A stretch of DNA of 64,000 bases from Planctomycetota bacterium (lineage in GTDB: Bacteria; Planctomycetota; PLA2; JAEUHO01). A program made the translations under genes and the position numbers. Positions 29,080 to 38,749 of this stretch are shown piece after piece. Under the pieces are notes generated by a model. The model was not told where the DNA came from, did not search any database, and saw only the letters and a list, made by a program, of their open reading frames with translations. Positions within the stretch are counted from its first letter, which is position 1. Each line of letters starts with the position of its first letter. The stretch lies in assembly GCA_965223505.1 (NCBI GenBank), contig CBDCWP010000034.1, forward strand, positions 1 through 64,000, in the 5' to 3' direction.

Positions 29080-31377
29080 ATGTCGAAACGAGGCAACACG
29101 CGGCGCCGGGCGTTCGCCGTAGGCGCGCTCATGGCACTCTGCGCGGCCGTCGCGGGCGCCGACGAACCGGGGACGCCGGAGGAACCGCCCGTCGACGCGC
29201 TCGCCACCGCGCTGGACCTCATGGGCATCGAGTCCGCGGATCTCGGCTACCGGCCGAAAGCACATTGGGCGCGGTACCCGCATCCGAAGACCGTGCCGTA
29301 CGTGCTGCCGTTCTTCGAGGATCTGCTCGCGAACCCGCTCGACACGTACGAGTTCACGCGCACGCTCGGCAACGCGGTCGAAGACCTGCTGACGTTCGAC
29401 GCGTTGACCGCTGCGCCCACCGCGAAGGACCGCAAGGAGACGCTCTTCAAGCTCGGTGTCGCGCTCGGGACCGACCGTCGCATCGGCGGGTTCCGCGGCT
29501 ACGCGGCCAACCTCGCGTCGAAGACGCCGAGCGAGGAGCCGCTCTTCCATGCCTTGTGGACGTTGCTCGTTCGATCCGGCGCGGACCTGCGAAGTCCCAT
29601 GACGTTCGGCAACGATCTCGCCCGTGAGAAGCGCGATCCGGCGAGCGCGCTGCGCGAGCAGATCGAGACCGTCCCGGCGCCGCTTCGCGCGCCACTCGCG
29701 CGCTACGTGTTGGACATCGTCGAAGCGCGCGAATGGGTCGAGATCGGTCTGCGCGACGTGCCGCTTCCCATGCGCCGCAAGGTGTTCGCGGCGCTACCGA
29801 CGCTCGCGGAGGACACGCCCGACGGAACGCGCTACTACCCCGTCATCGACGACGTCGCCAAGCGCATCGACGAACACTCGCTCGCCTACGGCTGCTTGAA
29901 GGCGTTGCAGGCCACGCAGAACGCGCGGCGGGCGCTCGGCGCGTTGAAGAAGGACGGCGAGCACGGTGACTGGCCCGACTTCGAGCTGCGCGTGCCGACG
30001 CCGTGGGGCGCGGTGCGGTTCGACAACCAAGGAGGCGAGGACAACCGCGAGAGCGATCCGCTGCTCTACGTCGTGTTCGACAACGCCTACACGTGGGGCC
30101 CCGTCGGCGCGACCTCGCCGACGCGCTCGATGTCCGTTGCGCTGCTTCTCGACTTCAGCGGGACGGTGGGCGACAGCCACGGCTACGACCTGCAGAAGGA
30201 AGGGGCCACCGCGAACGTCGCCGCCGGCATCCTCGGATGCGGGATCGTGTACGCGTCCGGCGTGGAGCCGGCGGCCTATCGCACCGGTCGATGGGGCTTG
30301 GGCGCGGGCCTCTTCGGCATGGGCGTGCTCGTCGACGAAGGCGGCAGCGACGCCTACAAAGCCGCCGCGTGCGCCCAGGGCGCCGCGTTCTTCGGCGCGG
30401 GGCTCGTGCTCGACGCGGGCGGCGACGACGAGTACGTCCTGCTGGAGGGCGACGGACAGGGCTTCGGCGGCCCCGGCGGCGTCGGCGTCCTGGCGGACCG
30501 CACCGGCGACGACACCTACGACTGCGAGCCGCTCGCCGCGAAGGCCGGGCGGGCGGACTACCACTCGAAGGACGAGATCGCCGTCAGCAACGCCCAGGGC
30601 GTGGGATCCGGCCGCCGCGGCGACGGCTCCGACGGCCACGTCTGGGCCGGCGGCCTCGGCGCGCTCCTCGACGTGGACGGCGACGACACGTACCGCGCCG
30701 GCAACTTCTCCCAGGGGCTGGGCTACTGGTACGGCACGGGCCTGCTGTGGGACGGCGGGGGCGACGACGAGTACCGCAGCGTGTACTTCACCCAAGGGTC
30801 CGGCGCGCACTTCGCCGTGGGGGCGTTGATCGACGAGAGCGGGAACGACGTTCACGTGCTGGAAGAGAACGCGGGCGCCGCGTTCGGCTTCGGTTGGGAT
30901 GTCGTGAACGCGTTCCTCATCGATCGCGGCACGGGCAACGACCGGTACGAGGCGAAGATCATCTCGACCGGGCTGGCCGAGGTGCGCAGCAACGCGTTCT
31001 TCATCGACGAGGGCGGCGACGACAAGTACGTCCTGAACGCCAAGACGAAGGGCTTCGGTGACGTGGACGCGCGCAAGAGCTACGAGGCGCCCGGTCGCAC
31101 GACGACGTATCCGTTTCACCTCGGGCAAGTCGGCGTCTTCCTCGATCTGGACGGCGACGACCTCTATCTACGGACGGCGAAGGACGGATCGGTCGTTCCG
31201 GACGCGGAGGCGAAAGCGGGCGGATCGTGGAACGTGCGGCGGAAACAGGCCGGTACGCAATCCGGCCCCAACGTTTCCTGCGGCATCGACATGACGCGCG
31301 GCGTCCTCGGCTTCCTGAAGGCGTGGCCCGCACGCAAACCGTCCAAGGCGTCCGAAAAATCCGGGAAGGCCAAGTAG
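29080..31377 (+). CDS. Large secreted hypothetical protein with about nine D-x-x-G-D/N-D-x-Y repeats
   Basis: Signal peptide; repeats LVDEGGSDAY, LDAGGDDEY, ADRTGDDTY, LDVDGDDTY, WDGGGDDEY, IDESGNDVH, DRGTGNDRY, IDEGGDDKY, LDLDGDDLY. Confidence 0.75.
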   Translation: MSKRGNTRRRAFAVGALMALCAAVAGADEPGTPEEPPVDALATALDLMGIESADLGYRPKAHWARYPHPKTVPYVLPFFEDLLANPLDTYEFTRTLGNAVEDLLTFDALTAAPTAKDRKETLFKLGVALGTDRRIGGFRGYAANLASKTPSEEPLFHALWTLLVRSGADLRSPMTFGNDLAREKRDPASALREQIETVPAPLRAPLARYVLDIVEAREWVEIGLRDVPLPMRRKVFAALPTLAEDTPDGTRYYPVIDDVAKRIDEHSLAYGCLKALQATQNARRALGALKKDGEHGDWPDFELRVPTPWGAVRFDNQGGEDNRESDPLLYVVFDNAYTWGPVGATSPTRSMSVALLLDFSGTVGDSHGYDLQKEGATANVAAGILGCGIVYASGVEPAAYRTGRWGLGAGLFGMGVLVDEGGSDAYKAAACAQGAAFFGAGLVLDAGGDDEYVLLEGDGQGFGGPGGVGVLADRTGDDTYDCEPLAAKAGRADYHSKDEIAVSNAQGVGSGRRGDGSDGHVWAGGLGALLDVDGDDTYRAGNFSQGLGYWYGTGLLWDGGGDDEYRSVYFTQGSGAHFAVGALIDESGNDVHVLEENAGAAFGFGWDVVNAFLIDRGTGNDRYEAKIISTGLAEVRSNAFFIDEGGDDKYVLNAKTKGFGDVDARKSYEAPGRTTTYPFHLGQVGVFLDLDGDDLYLRTAKDGSVVPDAEAKAGGSWNVRRKQAGTQSGPNVSCGIDMTRGVLGFLKAWPARKPSKASEKSGKAK

Positions 31378-31418
31378 GCGCACTCGCCCGACTCGGACGA
31401 TCGGTCGTTTTCCCGCCG

Positions 31419-32126
31419 CTAGTCGGATCCGGCGAGGCTCATCGCGAACATGAGCACGTACCAGAACATCAACGCAACCGATGCGAAGAGCTGCAGCGAT
31501 GCGCCGACGTAGCGGTCCTCGGGGAAGTGGTGAATCACGTTCGACGTGTCGTAGAGGATGAAACCGCCTGCCAAAGCGATCATCGCGACCATGAAGACGA
31601 CACCCAGGCTGAAGCTGAAGATGAGCGATGCCACGATCAAGAGCACCGCGATGCCCATGCCCCACATCAGGATCGAGCGCAGGAACGAGAAGTCCTTGCG
31701 GGTGTAGAAGGCGATGCCCGTGAGCGCGCTGAATCCGGCCAGCGTGATGAGCGCCGCGCTCTCGATCACGCCGTCGAAGGCCGTGTTGGCGATCCACAGC
31801 AGCGGCAGGAAGATGATTGCCTCGAACCCGACGTACAGGAAGAGCCCGAAATACTGCATGCCCTTGCTCTTCGTGTTGTGGGCGAAGCGGCTCGCCACGA
31901 AGCCGAGGACCATGAAGAGGATCAGGAAGACGTAGAACGACTTGGCGATCGTGGGCGCCAGCTTGTCGGCGAGGCCCGTGGCGAAGAACAGCATCTCGAG
32001 CGCCGTGAACGCCAGGATCGCGCCCAGGAGGTGGCTGTACGTCTTCGTGATGAACGTCGCGCGGGTGTCGACGTCGAGCTGGGCGACCGGGCGCGCGTCG
32101 GTGTGGAACTGCATGACCTGGGACAT
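31419..32126 (-). CDS. Bax inhibitor-1/YccA family membrane protein
   Basis: RATFITKTYSHL, seven hydrophobic helices, KDFSFL, ILYDTSNV. Confidence 0.9.
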   Translation of the reverse strand: MSQVMQFHTDARPVAQLDVDTRATFITKTYSHLLGAILAFTALEMLFFATGLADKLAPTIAKSFYVFLILFMVLGFVASRFAHNTKSKGMQYFGLFLYVGFEAIIFLPLLWIANTAFDGVIESAALITLAGFSALTGIAFYTRKDFSFLRSILMWGMGIAVLLIVASLIFSFSLGVVFMVAMIALAGGFILYDTSNVIHHFPEDRYVGASLQLFASVALMFWYVLMFAMSLAGSD

Positions 32127-32211
32127 GAGGTAGTCCTTTCTCTCGTAGGCCGCCGAGTCTACCGCGGCGCCGGGCGTGCGGCCAAATCGCCGGGTCCAGC
32201 TACCCTGGTGG

Positions 32212-32355
32212 TCGCCCAATTGGGGGCGTCCCTCATTGGGCAGCCACAAGGGCTGCCCCTACGCCTACGGCAACCCGCCGGCGAATGCCGTTGCACACCA
32301 GGGGCCTAACCCCTACGCGGACGCCTCCAATTGGGCGATCAGGGGTCGCCCCTAC
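32212..32355 (-). repeat. Cluster of GTAG-type REP-like palindromes plus a 20-bp inverted repeat
   Basis: Minus-strand units GTAGGGGCAGCCCTTGTGGCTGCCC (32238-32262), GTAGGGGTTAGGCCCCT (32300-32316) and GTAGGGGCGACCCCTGATCGCCC (32333-32355); IR 32212-32231/32319-32338 with one mismatch. Confidence 0.75.
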
Positions 32356-33125
32356 GCGAGCGAACTTGGACAAAGCTGGCGCAGGGTGCACTCGTCGCAC
32401 TTCGGGCGCCGCGCGATGCAGACCTGGCGGCCGTGGTGGATCAGGCGATGGCTCAGCTGGATCCACGCCGTGGGGTCGTGCAGCGCCATCAGGTCCTTCT
32501 CGATGTGCTCCGGGGTCTTGGCCTTGGTCCAGCCCAGGAGCCCGCTGATGCGCTGGACGTGGGTGTCCACCACGACGCCGTCGGCCAGGCCCCAGATGAC
32601 GCCGCGCACGACGTTCGCCGTCTTGCGCGCCACCCCCGGCAGCGTCAAGAGGTCGTCCATCGCCTGCGGGACCTCGCCGTCGTACGCCTCCACCAGCCGC
32701 GCCGCCATGCCCTGCAGGCTCTTGGCCTTGTTGCGGAAGAAGCCGGTGGTGCGGATCACCTCCTCGACCTCCTCCCGCTGCGCCCTGGCCAGTGCCGCGG
32801 GCGTGGGCCAGCGGTGGAAGAGCTCGGGCGTGACCATGTTCACGCGGGCGTCGGTGCACTGCGCGCTCAGAATGGTCGCCGCGGTCAGCTCGAAGGCGTT
32901 GCGGTGGTTCAGCGCGCACTCCGCGACCGGGTACGCGTCGGTGAGGAGCTGCACGATGCGCGCCGCGCGCAGCCGCTCCTCCCGGTTGTAGCGGCGCGGC
33001 TGGTACCCGCGCTTCTTGGCCGCCTTCTTCCGCTTGGCCTTCCTGCGGGTCGCCTTCTTGCGCGCGCTCTTCTTGCGGGCCGACGTCTTCGCGCGGGCGG
33101 CGGACTTCTTCGACGGCGAGCCCAT
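32352..33125 (-). CDS. nth: Endonuclease III with Lys/Arg-rich N-terminal extension
   Basis: [21 protein letters not shown], Hh[19 protein letters not shown]-x6-C-x2-C-x5-C Fe-S motif. Confidence 0.96.
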   Translation of the reverse strand: MGSPSKKSAARAKTSARKKSARKKATRRKAKRKKAAKKRGYQPRRYNREERLRAARIVQLLTDAYPVAECALNHRNAFELTAATILSAQCTDARVNMVTPELFHRWPTPAALARAQREEVEEVIRTTGFFRNKAKSLQGMAARLVEAYDGEVPQAMDDLLTLPGVARKTANVVRGVIWGLADGVVVDTHVQRISGLLGWTKAKTPEHIEKDLMALHDPTAWIQLSHRLIHHGRQVCIARRPKCDECTLRQLCPSSLA

Positions 33126-34591
33126 CAGGCGTTCCCCTCCCGCCTACACCATGCGGCGAACCCGGCGACGTCCAGCGTGGGAAGCACCTCCGACACGGTC
33201 CACGCACCGCGGCGCGCGGCACCGACGGCGCACAGCAGGTTGTCGACGCTCTCGAGGTCGTGCGCGTCGGCGGCCGGGACGAGCGACACGCCGGCCGCAC
33301 GCGCGGCGTCGTGCCAGCCGGCGTCGTAGCTCACGGCGTGCGCCTCGCCGCTCAGCTCCACCGCGGTGCCGTGGGCCTCGCAGGCCTCGAACACCCGCGA
33401 CCAGTCCGGCGTGGCCGTCGGCCCGCCGGCGCCGGGCGTCTTGAGGTGCCCGAGCACGTGCACCGCGGGATGGGTCGCGGCGGCGACGAGCGTCCGGGTG
33501 AGCGCGGCGGCGTCGCCGGCCGGGTCGCCGCGCCCGGGCTCGACGGTCGCGAAGACGACGTCGGCCGCGTCGAGCTGCGCGGGGGGCACGTCCGGCGCGT
33601 CCTGCCGAGCGAAGTCGGTCTCGAGTCCGTGGAAGACGTGCAGGTCGGGTTCGCCCTCGACGGGCTCGCGCGCGTTCGCCGCGCGGATCTCGTCGGCCTG
33701 CGCCCCGAAGCCCTCGGTCGAGAGCCCGCGGGGCTGGGCGTTCGGCCCGCGGTCGGCGACGACCATCCAGGCGAAGCCCTCTTGCGCGGCGCGGTCGGCC
33801 ATCTCGGCGACGGAGAACGACCCCGCGGCGGCCGCCGTGTGCACGTGCGCCAGTCCGTTGACGTCGCGCATGTGCAACCATCCGTCGGGCGCTTCCTCGA
33901 GATCGCTGCGCTCGCGCAGCTCCGGCGGGCAATACGGAAGCTCCAGCGCGGCGTACAGCTCCGGCTCGTGAAACGCCGCGACGTCGAGGCTGCGGCCGAC
34001 CGCGTTCGCGTGTGCGCGCACCCGCTCGACGTGCGCCGCCGGTCCGGTCAGCTCGAGCAGCTTCGAGAAGAAGGTCGCCTCGTCGGTCACGGTCAGCTCG
34101 ACGCGCGTGCCGTCGTCGGTGCGAACGGCGGCGTGGTCGGTTGCCGATTCGACGCACGCGCTGACGAACGGCATGTTCCGAAACGCATCGAGCAGCGCCG
34201 CCGGCTCGTGCGCGGTCGCGAGCAGCACGACGCGGTCCACCGTCGGCGCCATGCGCCGCACCGCGCCGGCGACGGCGAGTCGCAATGCGCTCTCGTCGCG
34301 TTGCAGGCGGTCGAGCACGCGCGCAGCGACCCGGCGCGCGTGCGGCAGCCGCCGCGCGTCCGTGCCCCACGGCGCCGTTCGAAGCGCGCGTTGGAGCGTC
34401 TTCTGCACCAGCCCGCCGTCGTCGAGCACGTCGCGCACGCGGTTGGTGCGGCAGGCCCAGTCCAGGTCGGCTTCCCCGGCGATGCCGAGCTCCGAGATCA
34501 GCCGCGTTGCCGGCCCCATGTCCGCGCCCAGGGCGGCCCAAAGCGGCTGAAGCGCTGAGGGCGGCTCGGTGGGGGGCGTCGGAATCGTCAC
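33125..34591 (-). CDS. Degenerate DNA polymerase X / PHP-domain protein
   Basis: [47 protein letters not shown] follow the PolX-PHP layout. Confidence 0.8.
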   Translation of the reverse strand: MTIPTPPTEPPSALQPLWAALGADMGPATRLISELGIAGEADLDWACRTNRVRDVLDDGGLVQKTLQRALRTAPWGTDARRLPHARRVAARVLDRLQRDESALRLAVAGAVRRMAPTVDRVVLLATAHEPAALLDAFRNMPFVSACVESATDHAAVRTDDGTRVELTVTDEATFFSKLLELTGPAAHVERVRAHANAVGRSLDVAAFHEPELYAALELPYCPPELRERSDLEEAPDGWLHMRDVNGLAHVHTAAAAGSFSVAEMADRAAQEGFAWMVVADRGPNAQPRGLSTEGFGAQADEIRAANAREPVEGEPDLHVFHGLETDFARQDAPDVPPAQLDAADVVFATVEPGRGDPAGDAAALTRTLVAAATHPAVHVLGHLKTPGAGGPTATPDWSRVFEACEAHGTAVELSGEAHAVSYDAGWHDAARAAGVSLVPAADAHDLESVDNLLCAVGAARRGAWTVSEVLPTLDVAGFAAWCRREGNA

Positions 34592-34693
34592 GGAATCGAC
34601 GATCGTAGCGCTGATTGCCGGCCGCCCGGCAGACGGTCCCAGCGCTTGGGCCCCGCCTCGCGGGGCGCCTGGCTAGCGGTACGCTGGCCGGTC

Positions 34694-35404
34694 ATGCGTC
34701 TTCGCGCCGACATCGTCATTGCGGGCGTCATCGTGGTCCTCTGCGCCTACGCCGTCGCCGCCCAGCTGGGCTTCGATCCGCTGGGCAGCGAGGAGACGAT
34801 CGAGCCGATCGCCATCGGGGAGGTCCTCGACCCGGACCTCGTCCTGAACTACGTGGACAAGAACCCCAAGCCGGTCGCCCTGGGCAATTGGTACGGCGAG
34901 AAGGCGACGGTGTTCTACACCTGGAGCGTTCCGTGTCCCTGCGTCGAGCATCTGGAACCTCGCATGCGCTCGGTGTTCTCGCGCTTCGGCAAGGACCAGG
35001 GCGTCGCGTGGATCGCGGTGGACGGCGAGCCCCTCGATCGGCCCGAGACGTACGTCATCGCGCCCGGTACCAAGGACGAGGAAGAGCGCCTCGGCATCAT
35101 GACGAAGATGGGCCGCATCTACGCCTTCTACAAGATGCTGCTCGATCCGGAGCAGCAGCTCTGCCGGCGGCTCGGGTTCAGCGACGCGTGCCAGGTTGCG
35201 GTGCTGGACGGGGAGGGACGGCTGCGCTACCGCGGCTCGATCGACCACGACTACTACAAGGGGAAGGGCGAGTATCTCGAAGCGGCGCTTCGGTCCGTCC
35301 TCGCCGGTCGGCCCGTCGAACCCGCCGAGCGGCCGTGGGTGTACGGCTGCGGGTTCTCCGATCCGGAATCGTGCGAGTTCTACGAAGGCCTGACGCCGAA
35401 GTAG
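34694..35404 (+). CDS. Membrane-anchored redoxin/thioredoxin-like protein
   Basis: N-terminal TM; WSVPCPCV, VLDGEGRLRYRGSID, YGC. Confidence 0.75.
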   Translation: MRLRADIVIAGVIVVLCAYAVAAQLGFDPLGSEETIEPIAIGEVLDPDLVLNYVDKNPKPVALGNWYGEKATVFYTWSVPCPCVEHLEPRMRSVFSRFGKDQGVAWIAVDGEPLDRPETYVIAPGTKDEEERLGIMTKMGRIYAFYKMLLDPEQQLCRRLGFSDACQVAVLDGEGRLRYRGSIDHDYYKGKGEYLEAALRSVLAGRPVEPAERPWVYGCGFSDPESCEFYEGLTPK

Positions 35405-35426
35405 CGGCGATGAACAGCCCCCGCAG

Positions 35427-35446
35427 ACTCGACACCCGTCGAGTCG
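35427..35446. terminator. Hairpin between convergent genes
   Basis: gactcgac-accc-gtcgagtc perfect stem. Confidence 0.4.
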
Positions 35447-35475
35447 CAGCGTTCGGCGATCGCGCCCGGCTTCGT

Positions 35476-35796
35476 CTAGATGTGAATCAGCGTGCCCGTC
35501 CGCATCATGCTGATGCGCTTGATGCGCGAGATCGGGATGTACTGCTTCACCGGCTGACGGTCCTTCTTCGTGGCGGCCAGAACCGTGTTGAAGATCACGT
35601 AGTCGTTGCCGAATCCGGCGATCTTGCCGGGGTACCAACCCTCGCGCAGCTCGTGCCCCGAGCTCGGCAGCGCTTCGAACGACTCCGGGTTGACGAACGT
35701 GACCTGCTTGCCGACCAGCGACTCCAGCACGCCGCGGTAGTCGCGGTCTTCCGTCGTGGGCTGGGGGGCTTCCTTCGTTGCCTGCTGCTCCGACAT
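35476..35796 (-). CDS. Small hypothetical protein with possible Sm/LSm-like fold
   Basis: GGAG RBS; LESLVGKQVTFV..GKIAGFGNDYVIF..YIPISRIKRI. Confidence 0.7.
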   Translation of the reverse strand: MSEQQATKEAPQPTTEDRDYRGVLESLVGKQVTFVNPESFEALPSSGHELREGWYPGKIAGFGNDYVIFNTVLAATKKDRQPVKQYIPISRIKRISMMRTGTLIHI

Positions 35797-35905
35797 GGCA
35801 CTCCTCCGTGGTGGGGGGCCGTCATTCGGGCCCCGGGCGCCCACCCTACGTGTGCGTGGGGTCCCGGGGCAATGGGCAGCGTCTCGACGAGCGGAGCGCC
35901 GCCGG

Positions 35906-36202
35906 CTAGCGCGCGCGCTTGAACCAGAACTCGACGGAGGCGCGGGTGTTCACGGTGAACCCGCTCGCCGGCTCGTAGACCGAAACCAGCTCCCAGCCGT
36001 GGGCGCCGAGCTTCTGGATGGGCGCCAGCAGGGTGATGTCGGACTTCTCGTACGTCTCCAGTCGGCGGTCCAGCGGGATGAGTACGTGCTTGTACTCCCA
36101 GCCGTCGGGCGCCGCGCCGTCGGCCTGCGCCGGGGCGCCGAATGCGAGGAACGCGGCGCCGAGCAAGAGGGCGCACGGGATCATCCAGGTCAGGGCCTTC
36201 AT
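35906..36202 (-). CDS. DUF4177-like small exported protein
   Basis: Signal peptide; WEYKHV..LGAHGWELVSV..FWFKR; GGAGG RBS. Confidence 0.8.
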   Translation of the reverse strand: MKALTWMIPCALLLGAAFLAFGAPAQADGAAPDGWEYKHVLIPLDRRLETYEKSDITLLAPIQKLGAHGWELVSVYEPASGFTVNTRASVEFWFKRAR

Positions 36203-36419
36203 CGGGGGGTCCTCCTGTGGCGGTTGGGCGTCGATTGTCCGCGAGGGTTGGACGACGCGCAGCGGCAAACTCGTCGAATTGCTCGGGTCATCCCGGCGTT
36301 GCCCGCGTCGGCTCGCGTTGCTACCTTCCCCCCGCTCGCGAGCGAGGCGCCGCGCCGTTTCCGGCCCCTGTTTCTCGGGCTTTCCCGGCCCCTGCGCCGC
36401 TTCGAGGAGCACTCTTCGC

Positions 36420-37841
36420 GTGGTCAAGATCCCGGTAGGCATCCCGATCTTCGTCGCCGCGGCCGGCATCGATCCGCGTTTCTCGAAGCTGGTGCACCGA
36501 TACATCTTCTGGGCGGCGCTGTGGCTGCTGCTGGCCAGCGGTATCGGGCTGCTTCTCGCGATCCGTCACGTGGACCCCGAGATCCTGGGTGGGCTCGAGG
36601 AGTTGACGTACGGGCGCCTTCGCCCGGCGCACACGATGACCATGCTCTTCGGCTGGGCGTCGATGGCGCTGGTGGGTCTGTCGTTCTTCGTCGTCGCCAA
36701 GTCGTCCTGGCTGCCGATGCACGAGCCGTGGTCCGACTGGGAGCACGCGCTCGCCAACGTGTCGCTGTGGCTTTGGAACGCCGGCATCGCGGCCGGCCTC
36801 GTCACGTTGTGCATGGGGTTGGTGCGCGGCGGCATGGAGTATCGCGAGTACGAGTGGTACTGCATGGCGCCGATTGCGCTCGCCGTGATCATCGTCGGGA
36901 TCCTGTTCTTCCGCTTCATCGCGCGCCGGCACGTGGGCGGCGTCTACATCTCGTGCTGGTTCATCCTCGCGGCGTGTTTCTGGATCGGCGTGGTCGTGGT
37001 GATGGGCTACCTGCCGATCTACAAGACCGGCATTCCGTCGCGGATCATCGACGGGTACTACATTCACAACGCCGTCGGCATGTGGTTCACGCCGCTGGCG
37101 GTCGGCATCACGTACTACGCGCTGCCGAAGCTGCTCAACAAGCCCATCTACTCGTATGCGCTGGGTGTGCTCGGCTTCTTCACGCATCTCGTCTTCTACA
37201 CGGTCATCGGAACGCACCACTACATCCACACGCCGATCGCGCTGTGGCTGCAGTCGGTCTCGGTGATCTTCAGCGTGGCGATGATCGTTCCCGTGTTCGC
37301 GAGCGTCGGCAACTTCATCCTGACGATGTGGGGCGAGCGCCTCGCCATCTCGCACAGCTACTCGCTGCCCTTCTTCGTGATCGGCGTCGTCGGGTACGGA
37401 CTCGCGTCGCTGCAGGGCAGCGCGGAGTCGCTGCGCTCGGTCCAGGAGACGCTGCACTTCACGCACTACACGGTCGGACACGCGCACCTCGCGATGTACG
37501 TGTTCGTCTCGTTCTTGATCTGGGGCGCGATCTACGGCCTGGTGCCCCGCGTGACCGGCAAGGAACCGCCAGTCGCGCTCGTCGGCGTCCACTTCTGGCT
37601 GGCGCTCGGCGGGATCGCGATCTACGTGATCGCGCTGTGTTGGGGCGGCCACGTGCAGGGCGAGAGCTGGAAGAGCGGCGAGCCCTTCATGGAGTCGGTG
37701 CGCGCGGTCATGCCGTTCATGTCCTGGCGCGCGGTGGGCGGCGCGCTGATGAGCGCGTCCCACGTCGTGTTCATCATCGCGCTGTGGAAGATGAGGCCCG
37801 GCGACCTCGCGCGCGCCTTCGAAGCGATGCAGGAGGCGTAG
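36420..37841 (+). CDS. ccoN: Divergent cbb3-type (C-family) heme-copper oxidase subunit I
   Basis: YGRLRPAHT, EYREYEW, YIHNAVG, PIYSY, FYTVIGTHH, HFTHYTVGHAH; start codon uncertain. Confidence 0.88.
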   Translation: MVKIPVGIPIFVAAAGIDPRFSKLVHRYIFWAALWLLLASGIGLLLAIRHVDPEILGGLEELTYGRLRPAHTMTMLFGWASMALVGLSFFVVAKSSWLPMHEPWSDWEHALANVSLWLWNAGIAAGLVTLCMGLVRGGMEYREYEWYCMAPIALAVIIVGILFFRFIARRHVGGVYISCWFILAACFWIGVVVVMGYLPIYKTGIPSRIIDGYYIHNAVGMWFTPLAVGITYYALPKLLNKPIYSYALGVLGFFTHLVFYTVIGTHHYIHTPIALWLQSVSVIFSVAMIVPVFASVGNFILTMWGERLAISHSYSLPFFVIGVVGYGLASLQGSAESLRSVQETLHFTHYTVGHAHLAMYVFVSFLIWGAIYGLVPRVTGKEPPVALVGVHFWLALGGIAIYVIALCWGGHVQGESWKSGEPFMESVRAVMPFMSWRAVGGALMSASHVVFIIALWKMRPGDLARAFEAMQEA

Positions 37842-37844
37842 ATC

Positions 37845-38522
37845 GTGGCTTGGAACATCCACACCAGTCATCGCGCGATCTTCTTGCTCCCCGCGGGCAT
37901 CTACCTGCTGCTCGTGTTCGTCATCGCGATCCTGCCGGCGATGGCGGAGAAGCAGCGCGAGGACCAGTACATCCCGTTGGCGCAATCCGAGGCCGCGGCG
38001 TGGGGCCGCGAGCTCTACCGCAAGGACTTCAACTGCGTCGTGTGTCACACCCAGCAGATCCGCGGTGACGAGCGGCTGCGCTTCGAGGAACTCGACCCGC
38101 GCAGTCCGACCGGCAAGTCCTGGCGCGTTCCGGTGCTGCAGGCCGACCGGCGTTTCGGTCAGGACAAGCCGACGCGGGGCGAGGAGTACGCGCATCAGGA
38201 AGCGCCCATGCTGGGCACGCAGCGCACGGGACCGGATCTGATGGGTGTGGGCAAGCGGCTGCCGGACTTCCAGTGGCACCACTGGCATCTGTACAGCCCG
38301 CGCTCGGTGTCGCCCGACTCGGTGATGCCCGCGTATCGCTATCTCTACAGCACCGAGAAGCCGCCGGCGGAAAACGGAATCGAGCCGCAGCCGGTGTCGA
38401 CGTTCCACGGGCTGGGCGTCGACGGGGACGTTCTGTGGGCGACGCCGCGCGCCGTGGCGCTCGTCGAGTACCTGCTGTCGCTCAAGCGCGATCCGATCCA
38501 GAAGAAGAGCGAGGTCAAGTGA
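37845..38522 (+). CDS. ccoO: cbb3-type oxidase subunit II, monoheme cytochrome c
   Basis: TM anchor, GRELY..CVVCHTQQIR, GTQRTGPDL..VG.R, HLYSPRSVSPDSVMPAY. Confidence 0.9.
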   Translation: MAWNIHTSHRAIFLLPAGIYLLLVFVIAILPAMAEKQREDQYIPLAQSEAAAWGRELYRKDFNCVVCHTQQIRGDERLRFEELDPRSPTGKSWRVPVLQADRRFGQDKPTRGEEYAHQEAPMLGTQRTGPDLMGVGKRLPDFQWHHWHLYSPRSVSPDSVMPAYRYLYSTEKPPAENGIEPQPVSTFHGLGVDGDVLWATPRAVALVEYLLSLKRDPIQKKSEVK

Positions 38523-38749
38523 TGTGGCTCGGCGCCCACGAGCATCCGGCCTGGGAAGACTTCGGCGCCGTCGAGTGGGCGGCGGTCGGCGCTGCGTCCA
38601 TCTTCGTGATCTGGACGATCTGGCTGGCGGTCAAGTACACGATCTCGCCGCGCGAGGACGCGCCGGACCACTACAAGCGCTTGATCTTCGACCGGCCCGA
38701 CGCCGGGGCCCCCGTCTTAGAGGACAATGACGAGTCAGGTGGCGCATGA
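38522..38749 (+). CDS. Small single-TM protein in the cco operon (CcoQ/CcoS-like position)
   Basis: Overlaps the ccoO stop and the next start; one hydrophobic helix. Confidence 0.65.
   Translation: MWLGAHEHPAWEDFGAVEWAAVGAASIFVIWTIWLAVKYTISPREDAPDHYKRLIFDRPDAGAPVLEDNDESGGA

Noticed and set aside
27394..31377. Apparent 1327-aa ORF
   Set aside because: First ~560 codons are antisense to the glcD-like gene; real start with signal peptide is near 29080
32212..32355. CRISPR array
   Set aside because: Units are non-identical palindromes with irregular spacing and no cas genes; better explained as REPs
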